A DNA stretch of 20,375 nt from Candidatus Micrarchaeota archaeon (lineage in GTDB: Archaea; Micrarchaeota; Micrarchaeia; Anstonellales; Bilamarchaeaceae). Location: the NCBI GenBank assembly GCA_043812915.1, contig JBDRLQ010000017.1:1-20375 (forward strand), read 5' to 3'. Made by a program: the position numbers and the translations under genes. Position 1 is the first letter of the stretch. Each line of letters opens with the position of its first letter. Shown here one piece after another: positions 9,001 through 16,817 of the stretch. Below the pieces are notes generated by a model. That model had not been told where the DNA came from. It made no database searches and worked only from the letters and a program-made list of their open reading frames with translations.

Positions 9001-9884
9001 GGGGGAACCAGCTCTTGCTCCAGGTGCTTGATGCGAGGATTGGACAGCTTGAGTTCCTTCTCGGAAGGACCAATAGGCCTCCAGAAGCTCAGGCGCAGGA
9101 GAGGAGATATTACGATATAGCCCAGAGCGCGCTTGAGGATGCGCAGAGGCTCCGCGTGGCGTTCGGCGAGACTGGGGATGCTAGGGACATGCAGAGGAAC
9201 CTCTTTGATGCCCGCGCCTTTGAGACGGATCCGGCAGAGACAATCGCCATTGCTGAGCTTGGACTGGTCAGCCTGTCGCGGGTGCCTAACTTCGGAAGGG
9301 ACACGACCGAGGCGCCCTCATTCAGGGACTTCGTCTACGGAAGGGCCAGGACCTCGATACTCGCGGCACACCCGGACCAGTATCGCATCCAGCTGCCAAC
9401 TTTCGTAATGACTGGTGAGGGCACAAGGATGACGCTGGACGCATTCGATACCGCGTTGCAGAGGGCCCACCAGGCTCCGGTTGCTAGGATGTTCCACTTC
9501 CTGCTTTACCGGAGGACGACCGACCCCAACAGGTTCCTTCTTGTGAACCCGAGGCATCGCCCAGGAAACGACCAGCCCGAGATACTCGGAATTGCGGATA
9601 CTAGCGCGGGGGTTGTATACCGCGCGGAGCGCAGGACCGAGGACGAGGTTGCAGGAGAAATCTGGGTGCCCGAGAGGGGTGCCGACAGGCAGCCTGTCGT
9701 TCTCTTCAACATAAGGGAAGACCTTGCCCCGATATTCGATGATGCCTACCGCGCGCTCTCAGCAGGCGAGGATAGGCCATCATTCAGGTCAGGAACACCG
9801 ACAATGTGGATTAGGCGCGAAGAGGGCGCGGCAGTCCCCACCCCGGTGGCATACATTGAGAGGTTCCAGAGTGCTGAAGAGTAA
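6036..9884 (+). CDS. Large exported, mostly alpha-helical hypothetical protein (1282 aa, Lys-free after residue 10)
   Basis: Long basic N-region, hydrophobic LLAATLGVGTFM, ARA-EQ cleavage-like site, Pro-rich linker, and an Ala/Arg/Glu-rich helical body with a coiled-coil-like stretch (EITRLQEDLQTARDEE...LEEVEEAR). No recognisable family. ATG 6048 is an alternative start. Confidence 0.85.
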   Translation: MRGKMSKRGKGPTRLTSTDVHGEGQGNHLNASRGRETARRYLSRLGTHLLAATLGVGTFMSGNIPMLEIRGARAEQARPGRIQQIMQRREAFDQAVTALNRWFETNFGPGGDMEDMQAQIRMNPPGGDPLLSNLIDATAALYESMGHPTGIPARGDFAARLAAFNQWMGGRLGAPRAADAPLRAEELRAPAAGQANLYSIAIRDCDDATTVATAVGALAELADQRAAARPATEPQPRPVEPPTVAEVVPRVLPQPQPRPTVAPPIQPPVTATITEPQPRPAVSPPPVVAAPQPTMTIAVDSAEEQARLQSRLAEAISIGTDTLGIISSSTGGPAAFPSDMAQSLTGELTGRLRRARGTLEAHREASTPLTAEYVENVYEGLRRFSETTAMILTLWRYSRDNPPTGDDAEAQAAVVRDNFQMAVSTLTDMNYNPFTNYPPELRATLAADYGVARERITGRVELADALTEVAARAGAPETIRTEATQLAAVLRSGRAPRGQDMTSLGRRGNELLVEADLLRSWEFRYDEAGYLAFRGVIGSAPQLDAAGERAVTAIGAQFGALSRLSYYYADLVRRTYRVDEDRTDLEATSGARRLSLSVERLQETNELLLEAIRIAQASGMAADMVVTRRIGREDVSIPVGQALADCQALSAAATAMLERIHPADEDARPAELSIEDTMAVSELSDRMSNAFSGLLSIGAASRFYNERAHFSSASDEQQQLAFQRLSLAMEYFTASFGEVGDSMIEYPALSTALALGAMETLSPAAMQLAIAHRVNTLAHVSGRVRYAVEITRLQEDLQTARDEEDEAWVAELETALEEVEEARADVIDNYTDYVSRQTAREADFFRLIASLREDADFGVSPAHIRGTRSGSRLADMLLDSRHGRIEIPDMFVRPSALATQIDTNLDQELLPHRRSEGHVVDRAGSVFGEVERQRRIRQDVRMPEVLRTDLSGLGIEGFEQVDIDAFNTALREMAESYGTDATYAQISARGNQLLLQVLDARIGQLEFLLGRTNRPPEAQAQERRYYDIAQSALEDAQRLRVAFGETGDARDMQRNLFDARAFETDPAETIAIAELGLVSLSRVPNFGRDTTEAPSFRDFVYGRARTSILAAHPDQYRIQLPTFVMTGEGTRMTLDAFDTALQRAHQAPVARMFHFLLYRRTTDPNRFLLVNPRHRPGNDQPEILGIADTSAGVVYRAERRTEDEVAGEIWVPERGADRQPVVLFNIREDLAPIFDDAYRALSAGEDRPSFRSGTPTMWIRREEGAAVPTPVAYIERFQSAEE
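6732..6917 (+). repeat. Degenerate 63-bp (21-aa) tandem repeat encoding PQPRP linker
   Basis: GAGCCGCAGCCAAGGCC at 6732, CAGCCGCAGCCAAGGCC at 6795 and GAGCCTCAGCCAAGACC at 6858, with a partial copy at 6903. Confidence 0.7.
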
Positions 9885-9935
9885 TCGCATTCAACAATAG
9901 ACAATGGGTGGAAAAACAGAAGGAGGTGACAGGAC

Positions 9936-10121
9936 ATGGTGGAAAGACAATTGAATACAGGGACGATACAGCGAAAACAAGAGGAGAGACGTTTCCCAAA
10001 ACTTGCGAAAATAGCGGCGACTGCAGTAGCAGCGTGGGCAGGGTACTTCGGTTCTTCGGAGCTTTTTTATAGTTGCGCTCCGATGCCATTAGCATTCACT
10101 GAATATACTATTATAAGGTGA
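9936..10121 (+). CDS. 61-aa signal-peptide/membrane-anchor-like ORF (small protein, gene remnant or read-through leader)
   Basis: Strong SD GGAGGTGA upstream, charged N-region, then LAKIAATAVAAWAGYFG. In frame with the next ORF across TGA-CTA-AAC-ATG. Confidence 0.55.
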   Translation: MVERQLNTGTIQRKQEERRFPKLAKIAATAVAAWAGYFGSSELFYSCAPMPLAFTEYTIIR

Positions 10122-10127
10122 CTAAAC

Positions 10128-12539
10128 ATGGCACAAGATCTGGTACAATTACCACAGCCTGCGAATAGGGGGATGGCAGATTCGATTTATAGCCAGAGGA
10201 GTGAGTCTGTCGAGAGGTTATTGACAAGATTCAATGAGATGGCCCTCCCCGAGCTTTCGAGGAGGATAATCCAGATAAGCAGGACGCTTGATATCCTGCA
10301 GAGGCCAGGCGCCTCAGAGCGTGATGAGCAGGGAAGGATAAGGTCATATCTGCGCAGCCTCGGCTTCGAGAGCGTCGATGCCGCAATCACAAGGATGCAG
10401 ATTGAGAGGAGGCAGATGTTCGCCTCCCTTGCTGAGAGGACGACTAGCGAGACCGTCTCCGAAGTCGGGACTCCTGAGAGTTCTGTGGTAACCTCCCTTA
10501 TCCGCATCATGAACCGGATAGAAGAGGATCCGGACCTTACGAATGAGAGTGCCCGGGGGGCTGCACAGCAGTATATTTATGGCTATGATTTCAGGGATGG
10601 GGCGCTTGCTCGGCTGAGGACGACACTTACCTCGCCCCCTGATGCCGAATCCGCAATCCAGGCCGGAGTTGCGCCAGCCGTTTTCCAGGGAGACCGGCCT
10701 GTGCCCTACGTGCTCAGGCCAGTGGAGGCAGGACACACCACCGCCTTCGCGTTCACCCGTGATTCGTACGCTACCTACCCGGATGGCGTCGAGCCAGGTG
10801 CATTTACCCAGGATATTTTCCGCAGGCAGGGGATGGAGCCGACCCAGGTGCTCGAATCAGCGAGGCAGGGCCTGTTCCTCATCGCTGACGCGATTACATA
10901 CCTGAATACAGCCAAGAGGGACTGGACCAGCACAACCGAGCTTCTCAACGACAGCGGCGCCAGGTCCAGGGCGACAGCGCTCGCGGAATACCTGCAGGCC
11001 AATGTCAGTGCGCGCCATCCGATTCTGTCTGTTGAGGATGGGGAAGGCAACAACATCTGGCATGATGCGATGGAAGCCCTAGGTGCTGGAAGGCTTGAGG
11101 AGGGCCTCAGGCTGCTCCGCCAACTGGACCAGCTCGACCCTGTTTTCAATGAGCTATCCAACATCGTAATCTACAGGCCGCATCCAATCGGGTTTGAGCG
11201 GTTTACGATTGAGACCTCAGCAGTAATTGAACTTGACCGGCAGAGCAGGGATACCATCGCCGCCTGGATTAGGGGTGAAGAAGGCAACGAGAGCTCTGTC
11301 ATTGAGGCAATCGATATCCAGTACAGGCGCATATGGGGCTCAGGCGCGCTCACCGCGCAGATGACTGAGCTTGTCCCGGATGGTGATTCCCTGAGGCTTC
11401 AGCCTTCCGGCTCGCCTACCGTAGTCCAGGTGGATACCGATACCCATGAAGGGGAGGTCGGAATCAGATGGGGCCACAGGATTTTCGGAAGGCCAGTTCT
11501 TATGCGATTCAGCATGGCTGTCGGCTACACCGAGATGAACGAATCCGGGGATGTTGTCGTCACCCTGCCAAGCGGGGACCAGAGGACAATTCCGGGCCTT
11601 GAGAGGACTGGAATGCTTTACATCGGGCTGATTGAAGTTAGCGCGAACCTTCCCCAGGTTGAGGGACGGACAAGGATGTTCGACATCGTCAACGTCGGGC
11701 TTGGATTCACCAGGCCTCTGACTGTTGACCTTGAGGCCCAGAGTGGGCCCGAGGCAACCGGAAGCGCTGACTGGAGGGCGTATGTCACACTGACCTTCCC
11801 GCGCGTGCAGCACGAGAACTTCCAGTTCGATTTGTTCCACACGCTCGTTGTTGGCATGACTGGCCACCAGAGCGGCGCGGTTGAGCATGACCCTGGTTTC
11901 AGGTTCACGTACACCGCAGCTCCAAACGCCAGGTGGTCATGGGGCCCTTTCAGGGGCGTTGGGCAGCCGAGGTATCTTGAGCTTACTGCTCCGATGTTCT
12001 CGATTACCCACCACACGGGTGGGATGGATGTCTTTGACCAGGATGCTCCTGAGACCACGCTCATTGAGCTTGGCGGGGGGCTTCGCGGCAGACCATTGCC
12101 TGGCGTTGAGCTTGGGCTCTCTGCCGGATACGCATGGCCAGGAAGGCACACTCTCATTGAGGGAGGCCCGCAGGTCCGTGCAACGCTTGCCCTGAACTTC
12201 GCAGAGATGGTTCCAAGAAGGTCATCGACAAGGGTGAGTGTGGCTGATGACGTCCCTGTGACGGCAGGCGAAATGCAGGCTGTCCGCGAGGCGTACGTCG
12301 CAGCTCTTGATGCCGTAGATACGGCGCAAGAGGCGTCTGTCCGCGCCAGGCTACTGACCGCTCTCCAGGCGATTCCAAGGGAGAGTGTCCTTGTGGAGGA
12401 CCGCGAGTCCAGGCACTTCAGCGATGCCCTTGATGCTCTCGAGGGAGAGGACCTCTCCGGAGCGCTTGATGCGCTCGTCAGGATAAGGGCATTCGGCGAG
12501 ATGCGCAGGGAAAGGATTGCGCAGGAGCGGGAGGAGTAG
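10128..12539 (+). CDS. Hypothetical protein (803 aa): helical N-terminus, amphipathic beta-strand-rich domain, helical C-terminus
   Basis: SD AGGTGA 6 nt upstream, no signal peptide, no Cys, one Lys. Strands such as EGEVGIRWG, MRFSMAVGY, WRAYVTLTF, GVELGLSAGYAW and QVRATLALNF. Confidence 0.85.
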   Translation: MAQDLVQLPQPANRGMADSIYSQRSESVERLLTRFNEMALPELSRRIIQISRTLDILQRPGASERDEQGRIRSYLRSLGFESVDAAITRMQIERRQMFASLAERTTSETVSEVGTPESSVVTSLIRIMNRIEEDPDLTNESARGAAQQYIYGYDFRDGALARLRTTLTSPPDAESAIQAGVAPAVFQGDRPVPYVLRPVEAGHTTAFAFTRDSYATYPDGVEPGAFTQDIFRRQGMEPTQVLESARQGLFLIADAITYLNTAKRDWTSTTELLNDSGARSRATALAEYLQANVSARHPILSVEDGEGNNIWHDAMEALGAGRLEEGLRLLRQLDQLDPVFNELSNIVIYRPHPIGFERFTIETSAVIELDRQSRDTIAAWIRGEEGNESSVIEAIDIQYRRIWGSGALTAQMTELVPDGDSLRLQPSGSPTVVQVDTDTHEGEVGIRWGHRIFGRPVLMRFSMAVGYTEMNESGDVVVTLPSGDQRTIPGLERTGMLYIGLIEVSANLPQVEGRTRMFDIVNVGLGFTRPLTVDLEAQSGPEATGSADWRAYVTLTFPRVQHENFQFDLFHTLVVGMTGHQSGAVEHDPGFRFTYTAAPNARWSWGPFRGVGQPRYLELTAPMFSITHHTGGMDVFDQDAPETTLIELGGGLRGRPLPGVELGLSAGYAWPGRHTLIEGGPQVRATLALNFAEMVPRRSSTRVSVADDVPVTAGEMQAVREAYVAALDAVDTAQEASVRARLLTALQAIPRESVLVEDRESRHFSDALDALEGEDLSGALDALVRIRAFGEMRRERIAQEREE

Positions 12540-12548
12540 GTGCTTCAT

Positions 12549-14660
12549 ATGGCTTCGATAAAATCATCCATTTTTCTTTTCTTTCTCTTTGGGGCAGCTT
12601 TTGCCACGGTGTCGGCTTCTCCGGAGTTCGAGACGCCGTTTCCTGATTTTGCATTCAACACTGGAATGACATTCACAACCGGCTTTGAATGCGAAGTGAC
12701 TTCCGGAACGGTTATCGATGGAGACCCTTGCGAGGGCGTGGCGTCGGTATGTCCTGGAACCGAAATCAGGATTACGCCGACTGCATATGCCAATTGGGGC
12801 ACTCCTGGCCATGAGCTCATCGTTCCATACCTGCTCTGTTCATCAGGGCCCTGCCTCGAGCCAGATGCGGTCGGAGCGCTTAGTATAACAAGCCACAGGG
12901 CTACCTGGCTCTCGCCATCCCTTTACGAAGATTATGCGGCTCCGGATGGATATGCATTCTTCATGAGCGATGTCGGGACAACTGGTGAGGACCACTATGA
13001 CGAGCTTGGGACATTCTACGATGTCCCTGCCAGCTACTATGATGATGTTGCCGATGTCTGGTATTATGATAGGCGGGCAAGGGCAAACGTGTTCTGCGAA
13101 GGGACAATTCAGGTAAACCACAACTCCCCTACGGGCAGCTTCGGCGTGGGAACATCCTTCATGCCAAGCCCTGGCACGTCAACGGTCACACTCGATGCTT
13201 TGGGCGCACACACAATCCAGACCCAGCTGACCGGCGGCGAGTGCTTTGCCGCAGCGGCAAAGCTTCCTTTGGAGAGGGGAACAACGAGATTCACGCTTAT
13301 CTATTATGGCTATAACACCCCGATGGTCCCTGCCGCTCCGACAACCAGCCCGGTGATTACGGTCACCGAAGGGACATGCGAGATGGAACATATCGGCAGC
13401 ACGGCCGCGACCGCGCTCACCCCTGGCGGGGCGACGCTGGTATCGGTATTCGTATTAAATTCCGGAGACATGCCCGCAACTACAAGCGGCGTTTCAGCAT
13501 CAGCCGGCTTCTTCGCAGCGCCCCTTGATGCGGGCTACTGCGATGCTCTTGGCATCCCCCCCTTCGCCTGCCGGGCGAGCGGATTCGGGATTCCTGTTGC
13601 CCCTGGCAATTGGAGGGAGCTTTTTGTTTACCTTTCACAGGATGCAGCTTCAACTGGATGCCCTGAAATCACGATAGAATATGAATGCGCGGACAGCGGA
13701 TGCGGCGGAGGTGGAGGAACACAGACATTCACCTTCGATATGTGCGATGCGATGTCCTGCGAGATTGACCCCCCCGCAGCTGACATGCCCCAGGGGGAGG
13801 GGGTATCCTTCTCAGTAACCTGTTTCGATCTGGCCGGAGCCCCGACACCATGTCCTTCCGGGGACTGGACCCTGAGCGGAATACTCGGCGAAGTGTATGA
13901 CGAGTCGAGCACAGGTGCCAATGCTATTGCGGAATCCTCCGTTGGGGCGCGCGGCAACCTGGAATTCGACTGCGGCGGATCCTGCACACCCTGTGCCTCT
14001 GACCTGACGGTTGTCGAGTCCAGGCTGGACTGCTGGATAGAGCCCTCTGGAGCCGAGATAGAAATCGGGGACAGCGAGGACTTCGACGTCTTCTGCGAAT
14101 ATGATGATGCTCCGGTCATTCCAGACTCTGCTGACTGGGAGATGGAGGATGGCCTGGATGGCACACTTGATGATGATGGGGTTGACGGGGCCAGGATTAC
14201 CGCGACAGTTGACAGTGCGGGCAACCTGGTCGTTACTGTGACCTATGGCGGAATAACCGTGCGCCCTTCAGTCCCTGTGATAACCGGGGAGCCCGAAATA
14301 GTCCCTCCGGACGAGCTTCCGCCTGGCGAGGACGAGTCCTCCACTGACTTTTGCGAGATTCACCCGGCAGTTGTGGAAGGCGCCACCCATTCACTGCAGA
14401 CGGTATCCATATCCTGCGGACCGCCCGGAGCACGTGTCCCATGCGACCTCCACAGCGTGACCTGGAGGTCTTCGCCCCTTGGCATAGTGGACCTCGCGCG
14501 CTTTGACCGGCCTGACATGAACCACCTATGGAGGCAGTTCATGATAACCGGGGCTGTGGATTCCTGGGCAAGGGTAATTGCCTGGATAGACGGCGATGAG
14601 GACCAGAGGTGCTCAACGGTCGTGCAGGTAGCTCCCTCCTCATGCGTGGAATACAGCTGA
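12549..14660 (+). CDS. Secreted Cys-rich acidic surface protein with three C-terminal Ig-like repeats
   Basis: ATG 12549 lies 6 nt after AGGTG. Sec signal MASIKSSIFLFFLFGAAFATVSA, 27 Cys by manual count, and repeats C-x-I-x-P...x-V/I-x-C...W starting at 13758, 14031 and 14352. Confidence 0.82.
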   Translation: MASIKSSIFLFFLFGAAFATVSASPEFETPFPDFAFNTGMTFTTGFECEVTSGTVIDGDPCEGVASVCPGTEIRITPTAYANWGTPGHELIVPYLLCSSGPCLEPDAVGALSITSHRATWLSPSLYEDYAAPDGYAFFMSDVGTTGEDHYDELGTFYDVPASYYDDVADVWYYDRRARANVFCEGTIQVNHNSPTGSFGVGTSFMPSPGTSTVTLDALGAHTIQTQLTGGECFAAAAKLPLERGTTRFTLIYYGYNTPMVPAAPTTSPVITVTEGTCEMEHIGSTAATALTPGGATLVSVFVLNSGDMPATTSGVSASAGFFAAPLDAGYCDALGIPPFACRASGFGIPVAPGNWRELFVYLSQDAASTGCPEITIEYECADSGCGGGGGTQTFTFDMCDAMSCEIDPPAADMPQGEGVSFSVTCFDLAGAPTPCPSGDWTLSGILGEVYDESSTGANAIAESSVGARGNLEFDCGGSCTPCASDLTVVESRLDCWIEPSGAEIEIGDSEDFDVFCEYDDAPVIPDSADWEMEDGLDGTLDDDGVDGARITATVDSAGNLVVTVTYGGITVRPSVPVITGEPEIVPPDELPPGEDESSTDFCEIHPAVVEGATHSLQTVSISCGPPGARVPCDLHSVTWRSSPLGIVDLARFDRPDMNHLWRQFMITGAVDSWARVIAWIDGDEDQRCSTVVQVAPSSCVEYS

Positions 14661-14683
14661 CTTGATTCTTTTTCCCCTTTTAA
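14661..14683 (+). terminator. Oligo-T terminator-like tract after the orphan cluster
   Basis: TTCTTTTTCCCCTTTT in a 23-nt gap between convergent genes. Confidence 0.4.
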
Positions 14684-15982
14684 TTAGACCGAGTACGTCT
14701 CCAGCGTGCGCGGGATGATGACCTCATAGTCCTTCTCAAGGGCGTCCTTGAGGTCTGTCTTCTCTCCGTGCATGAGGAACACCCTCTTCAGGTCCTTGGT
14801 CCCTTTTATGAATTGGAGCAGCTCAGAGTAATCGGCGTGGCCGGATATCCTGACCTTTTCAATCTGCATCTTGATTTCAATCTCTTTCTCCCCGAGCATT
14901 ATGTGCTTCTGGCCCTCGAGCACCTTCCTTCCGCGTGTTCCCTTGGCCTGGTACCCGACGAAAATCATTGTGTTCTTCGGGTCTCCGGCGAACTTCTCGA
15001 GATAGAACATCACAGGTCCCCCCGAGAGCATGCCAGAAGTGGAGACTATTATGCATGGCTCTTTGAGCACATCATCCCTCTTCTTGGATTTCGGCGCTGC
15101 GAATGCCCTGCTCTTGAACGGGTCGTCCTCGCTCATCAGGATTCTCCTTTTGATATCATCATTGGCGTCAATGGCATTGTGCCTGTAGATGCGCATGACC
15201 TTACCAATCATGCCCTCTATGTAGATTTTGGTGTTCCTCAGCGCCCCTGAGCGCATGTAATCATCGAGAATCATGAGGACTTCCTGCGCCCGCCCTACTG
15301 CAAAGCTCGGGATTATGACGTGCCCGCCACGGTCGAGAGTCTTGTTTATCAGGTTAACCATCTTCTGCGAGGCCTCCTTGTAGCTTGGCAGGATGTCATC
15401 CTTGCCCCCGTACGTGCTCTCGCAGATGAGCGTCTTTGCCTTCAATCCCTGCTCGCAAGGGTCGAGAATCCTGGTCTTCCTTGTGCATATGTCTCCAGTA
15501 TACAACAGCCCACCGTTATCCTGCACATGCACCATGGCAGAGCCCAGTATATGGCCTGCCTTATGCAGGCTGAAATTGAAGTCGCTGCGCGCATCCTCAT
15601 TGTATTCTAGCATGTTAGCATCCCGCAGGACATCGTCAACGTCCTTCTGCCTGAAGAGCTTCCTTGTGTCCCTCTCGCCCCTGTGCAGGCGGTAGTAGTC
15701 TGGCAGTAGCACTCCCATCAGGTCGCGCGTGGGCTTTGTTAGAAAAAGCCGAGGCTTGGCGTTCTTGAAATACACGTGCGGCAAATAACCGCTATGGTCC
15801 AGGTGCGCGTGCGAAACCGCGATGTTCCTCACCCGCCTTAATTCAGAATCCTCAAGCAGGGGGTATTCCGTCTTTTCCCCGAGCTTAATTCCGCAGTCAA
15901 ACATCAAATTCTTCTTTCCGTCTTCTAAGAGCACGCAGCTTCTTCCTACTTCTTCCGCGCCTCCGTAAAATGTCAATCTCAT
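14684..15982 (-). CDS. Metallo-beta-lactamase / beta-CASP ribonuclease (aCPSF-like, no KH domains)
   Basis: GGAEEVGRSC, HAHLDH, AGHILGSA, YTGD, ESTYG, PSFAVGRAQE, TSGMLSGGP, FVGYQAKGTRGR, SGHAD and HGE. Start placed at ATG 15982. Confidence 0.92.
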   Translation of the reverse strand: MRLTFYGGAEEVGRSCVLLEDGKKNLMFDCGIKLGEKTEYPLLEDSELRRVRNIAVSHAHLDHSGYLPHVYFKNAKPRLFLTKPTRDLMGVLLPDYYRLHRGERDTRKLFRQKDVDDVLRDANMLEYNEDARSDFNFSLHKAGHILGSAMVHVQDNGGLLYTGDICTRKTRILDPCEQGLKAKTLICESTYGGKDDILPSYKEASQKMVNLINKTLDRGGHVIIPSFAVGRAQEVLMILDDYMRSGALRNTKIYIEGMIGKVMRIYRHNAIDANDDIKRRILMSEDDPFKSRAFAAPKSKKRDDVLKEPCIIVSTSGMLSGGPVMFYLEKFAGDPKNTMIFVGYQAKGTRGRKVLEGQKHIMLGEKEIEIKMQIEKVRISGHADYSELLQFIKGTKDLKRVFLMHGEKTDLKDALEKDYEVIIPRTLETYSV

Positions 15983-15987
15983 CAAAA

Positions 15988-16302
15988 TCACTCAATTCCT
16001 AGTTTCAGTTTTGCTTTCTTGCTCATTCGTTCAGGCGTCCACAGGGGCTCGAATACCACCGACACCTCTATGTCCGCGTCCTTTATCTCATTCAGCTTCT
16101 CCTCGACCTGCGCCAGCATGAAGTTTATCATCGGGCAGGCGGGGGTAGTAAATGTCATCTTAATCTCAATCTTCTGGTCCTTATCCTTCTCTTTCTTGTG
16201 TGCCTTGACCTCGTAAATAAGGCCGAGCTCCACTATGTCTATTCCGAGCTCGGGGTCTATTACTTCCCCAAGCTTCCTGAGCACTTCTTTTTCCGTTGCC
16301 AT
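15988..16302 (-). CDS. DUF59/SufT-PaaD-like Fe-S cluster assembly protein
   Basis: VIDPELGIDIVELGLIYEV, MTFTTPACP and FEPLWTPERMS. Confidence 0.92.
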   Translation of the reverse strand: MATEKEVLRKLGEVIDPELGIDIVELGLIYEVKAHKKEKDKDQKIEIKMTFTTPACPMINFMLAQVEEKLNEIKDADIEVSVVFEPLWTPERMSKKAKLKLGIE

Positions 16303-16367
16303 CAAATCCCATTTCTGATACGAAGCTATTTAATCTTCCGCTGCGTTCCTTTTTTCAGGGTGATGCG

Positions 16368-16760
16368 ATGAAAGAACTGACTATTGTAGCGAGGAATGAC
16401 GTCGGCTCCCTCGCGCAGGTGGCCGAGGCTTTGGGGGGCGTTGGAGTGAACATCGAGGCAATTTCCGCCTATGGACAGGATGACAATGCGGTTTTCCGTT
16501 TGATTACGCATGATGTCACCTCCGCCAGGAAAATCCTCTCACGGATTCCGGGCGTGAAGCTAACCGAATCAGACACAATTGTCATCAAGATGAACAACCG
16601 GCCAGGGGAACTTGGCAAGATTACCAGGAAGCTCGCCAACAGCGGGGTCAGCCTGGAGAGCCTTTATATCGTCAGCAAAAAGCAGGACTATACAGAGGTC
16701 GCTTTCAAGACTCCGGAAAAGGATGTTGAAAAAGCGAAAGAGGTTCTCGGCGTAAAATAG
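16368..16760 (+). CDS. Tandem ACT-domain protein
   Basis: NDVGSLAQVAEALGGVGVNIEAI and NRPGELGKITRKLANSGVSLESL. ATG 16368 follows SD GGGTGA. Confidence 0.88.
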   Translation: MKELTIVARNDVGSLAQVAEALGGVGVNIEAISAYGQDDNAVFRLITHDVTSARKILSRIPGVKLTESDTIVIKMNNRPGELGKITRKLANSGVSLESLYIVSKKQDYTEVAFKTPEKDVEKAKEVLGVK

Positions 16761-16768
16761 CCGGAACC

Positions 16769-16807
16769 ATTTTTCTTCTTTTAATAAAAGGAAAATAAAA
16801 GAAAGAA
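16769..16807. terminator. Bidirectional T-rich/A-rich terminator-like region
   Basis: TTTTTCTTCTTTT followed by AAAAGGAAAATAAAAGAAAGAA between convergent genes. Confidence 0.45.
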
Positions 16808-16817
16808 TTCACGGAAC

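Noticed and set aside
13628..14224. Long antisense ORFs within the orphan genes (also 1210-1917, 3444-4199, 11340-12157 and 17035-17841)
   Set aside because: Ser/Pro-rich translations typical of the reverse frame of real genes, with no SD or family motifs.
5768..14660. Integrated element or genomic island at tRNA-Leu(CAG)
   Set aside because: No integrase or transposase, and no att duplication found at the far end. The only tRNA 3'-end echo seen is 8 nt (CCCCTGCA, 5944-5951), and codon style resembles the flanking genes.
6036..14660. All four cluster ORFs share one reading frame, suggesting a single giant recoded protein
   Set aside because: It would need read-through of TAA, TGA, TGA and TAG. 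The downstream ORFs have their own SD sites, two have their own leaders, and SD/stop overlap geometry explains the phasing. All three stop codons end conserved genes normally in this window.
14684..15982. Beta-CASP and PIN nucleases as a defence or toxin system linked to the orphan cluster
   Set aside because: Both look like ordinary archaeal RNA-processing families with Lys-rich housekeeping composition, and no antitoxin or effector partner is adjacent.
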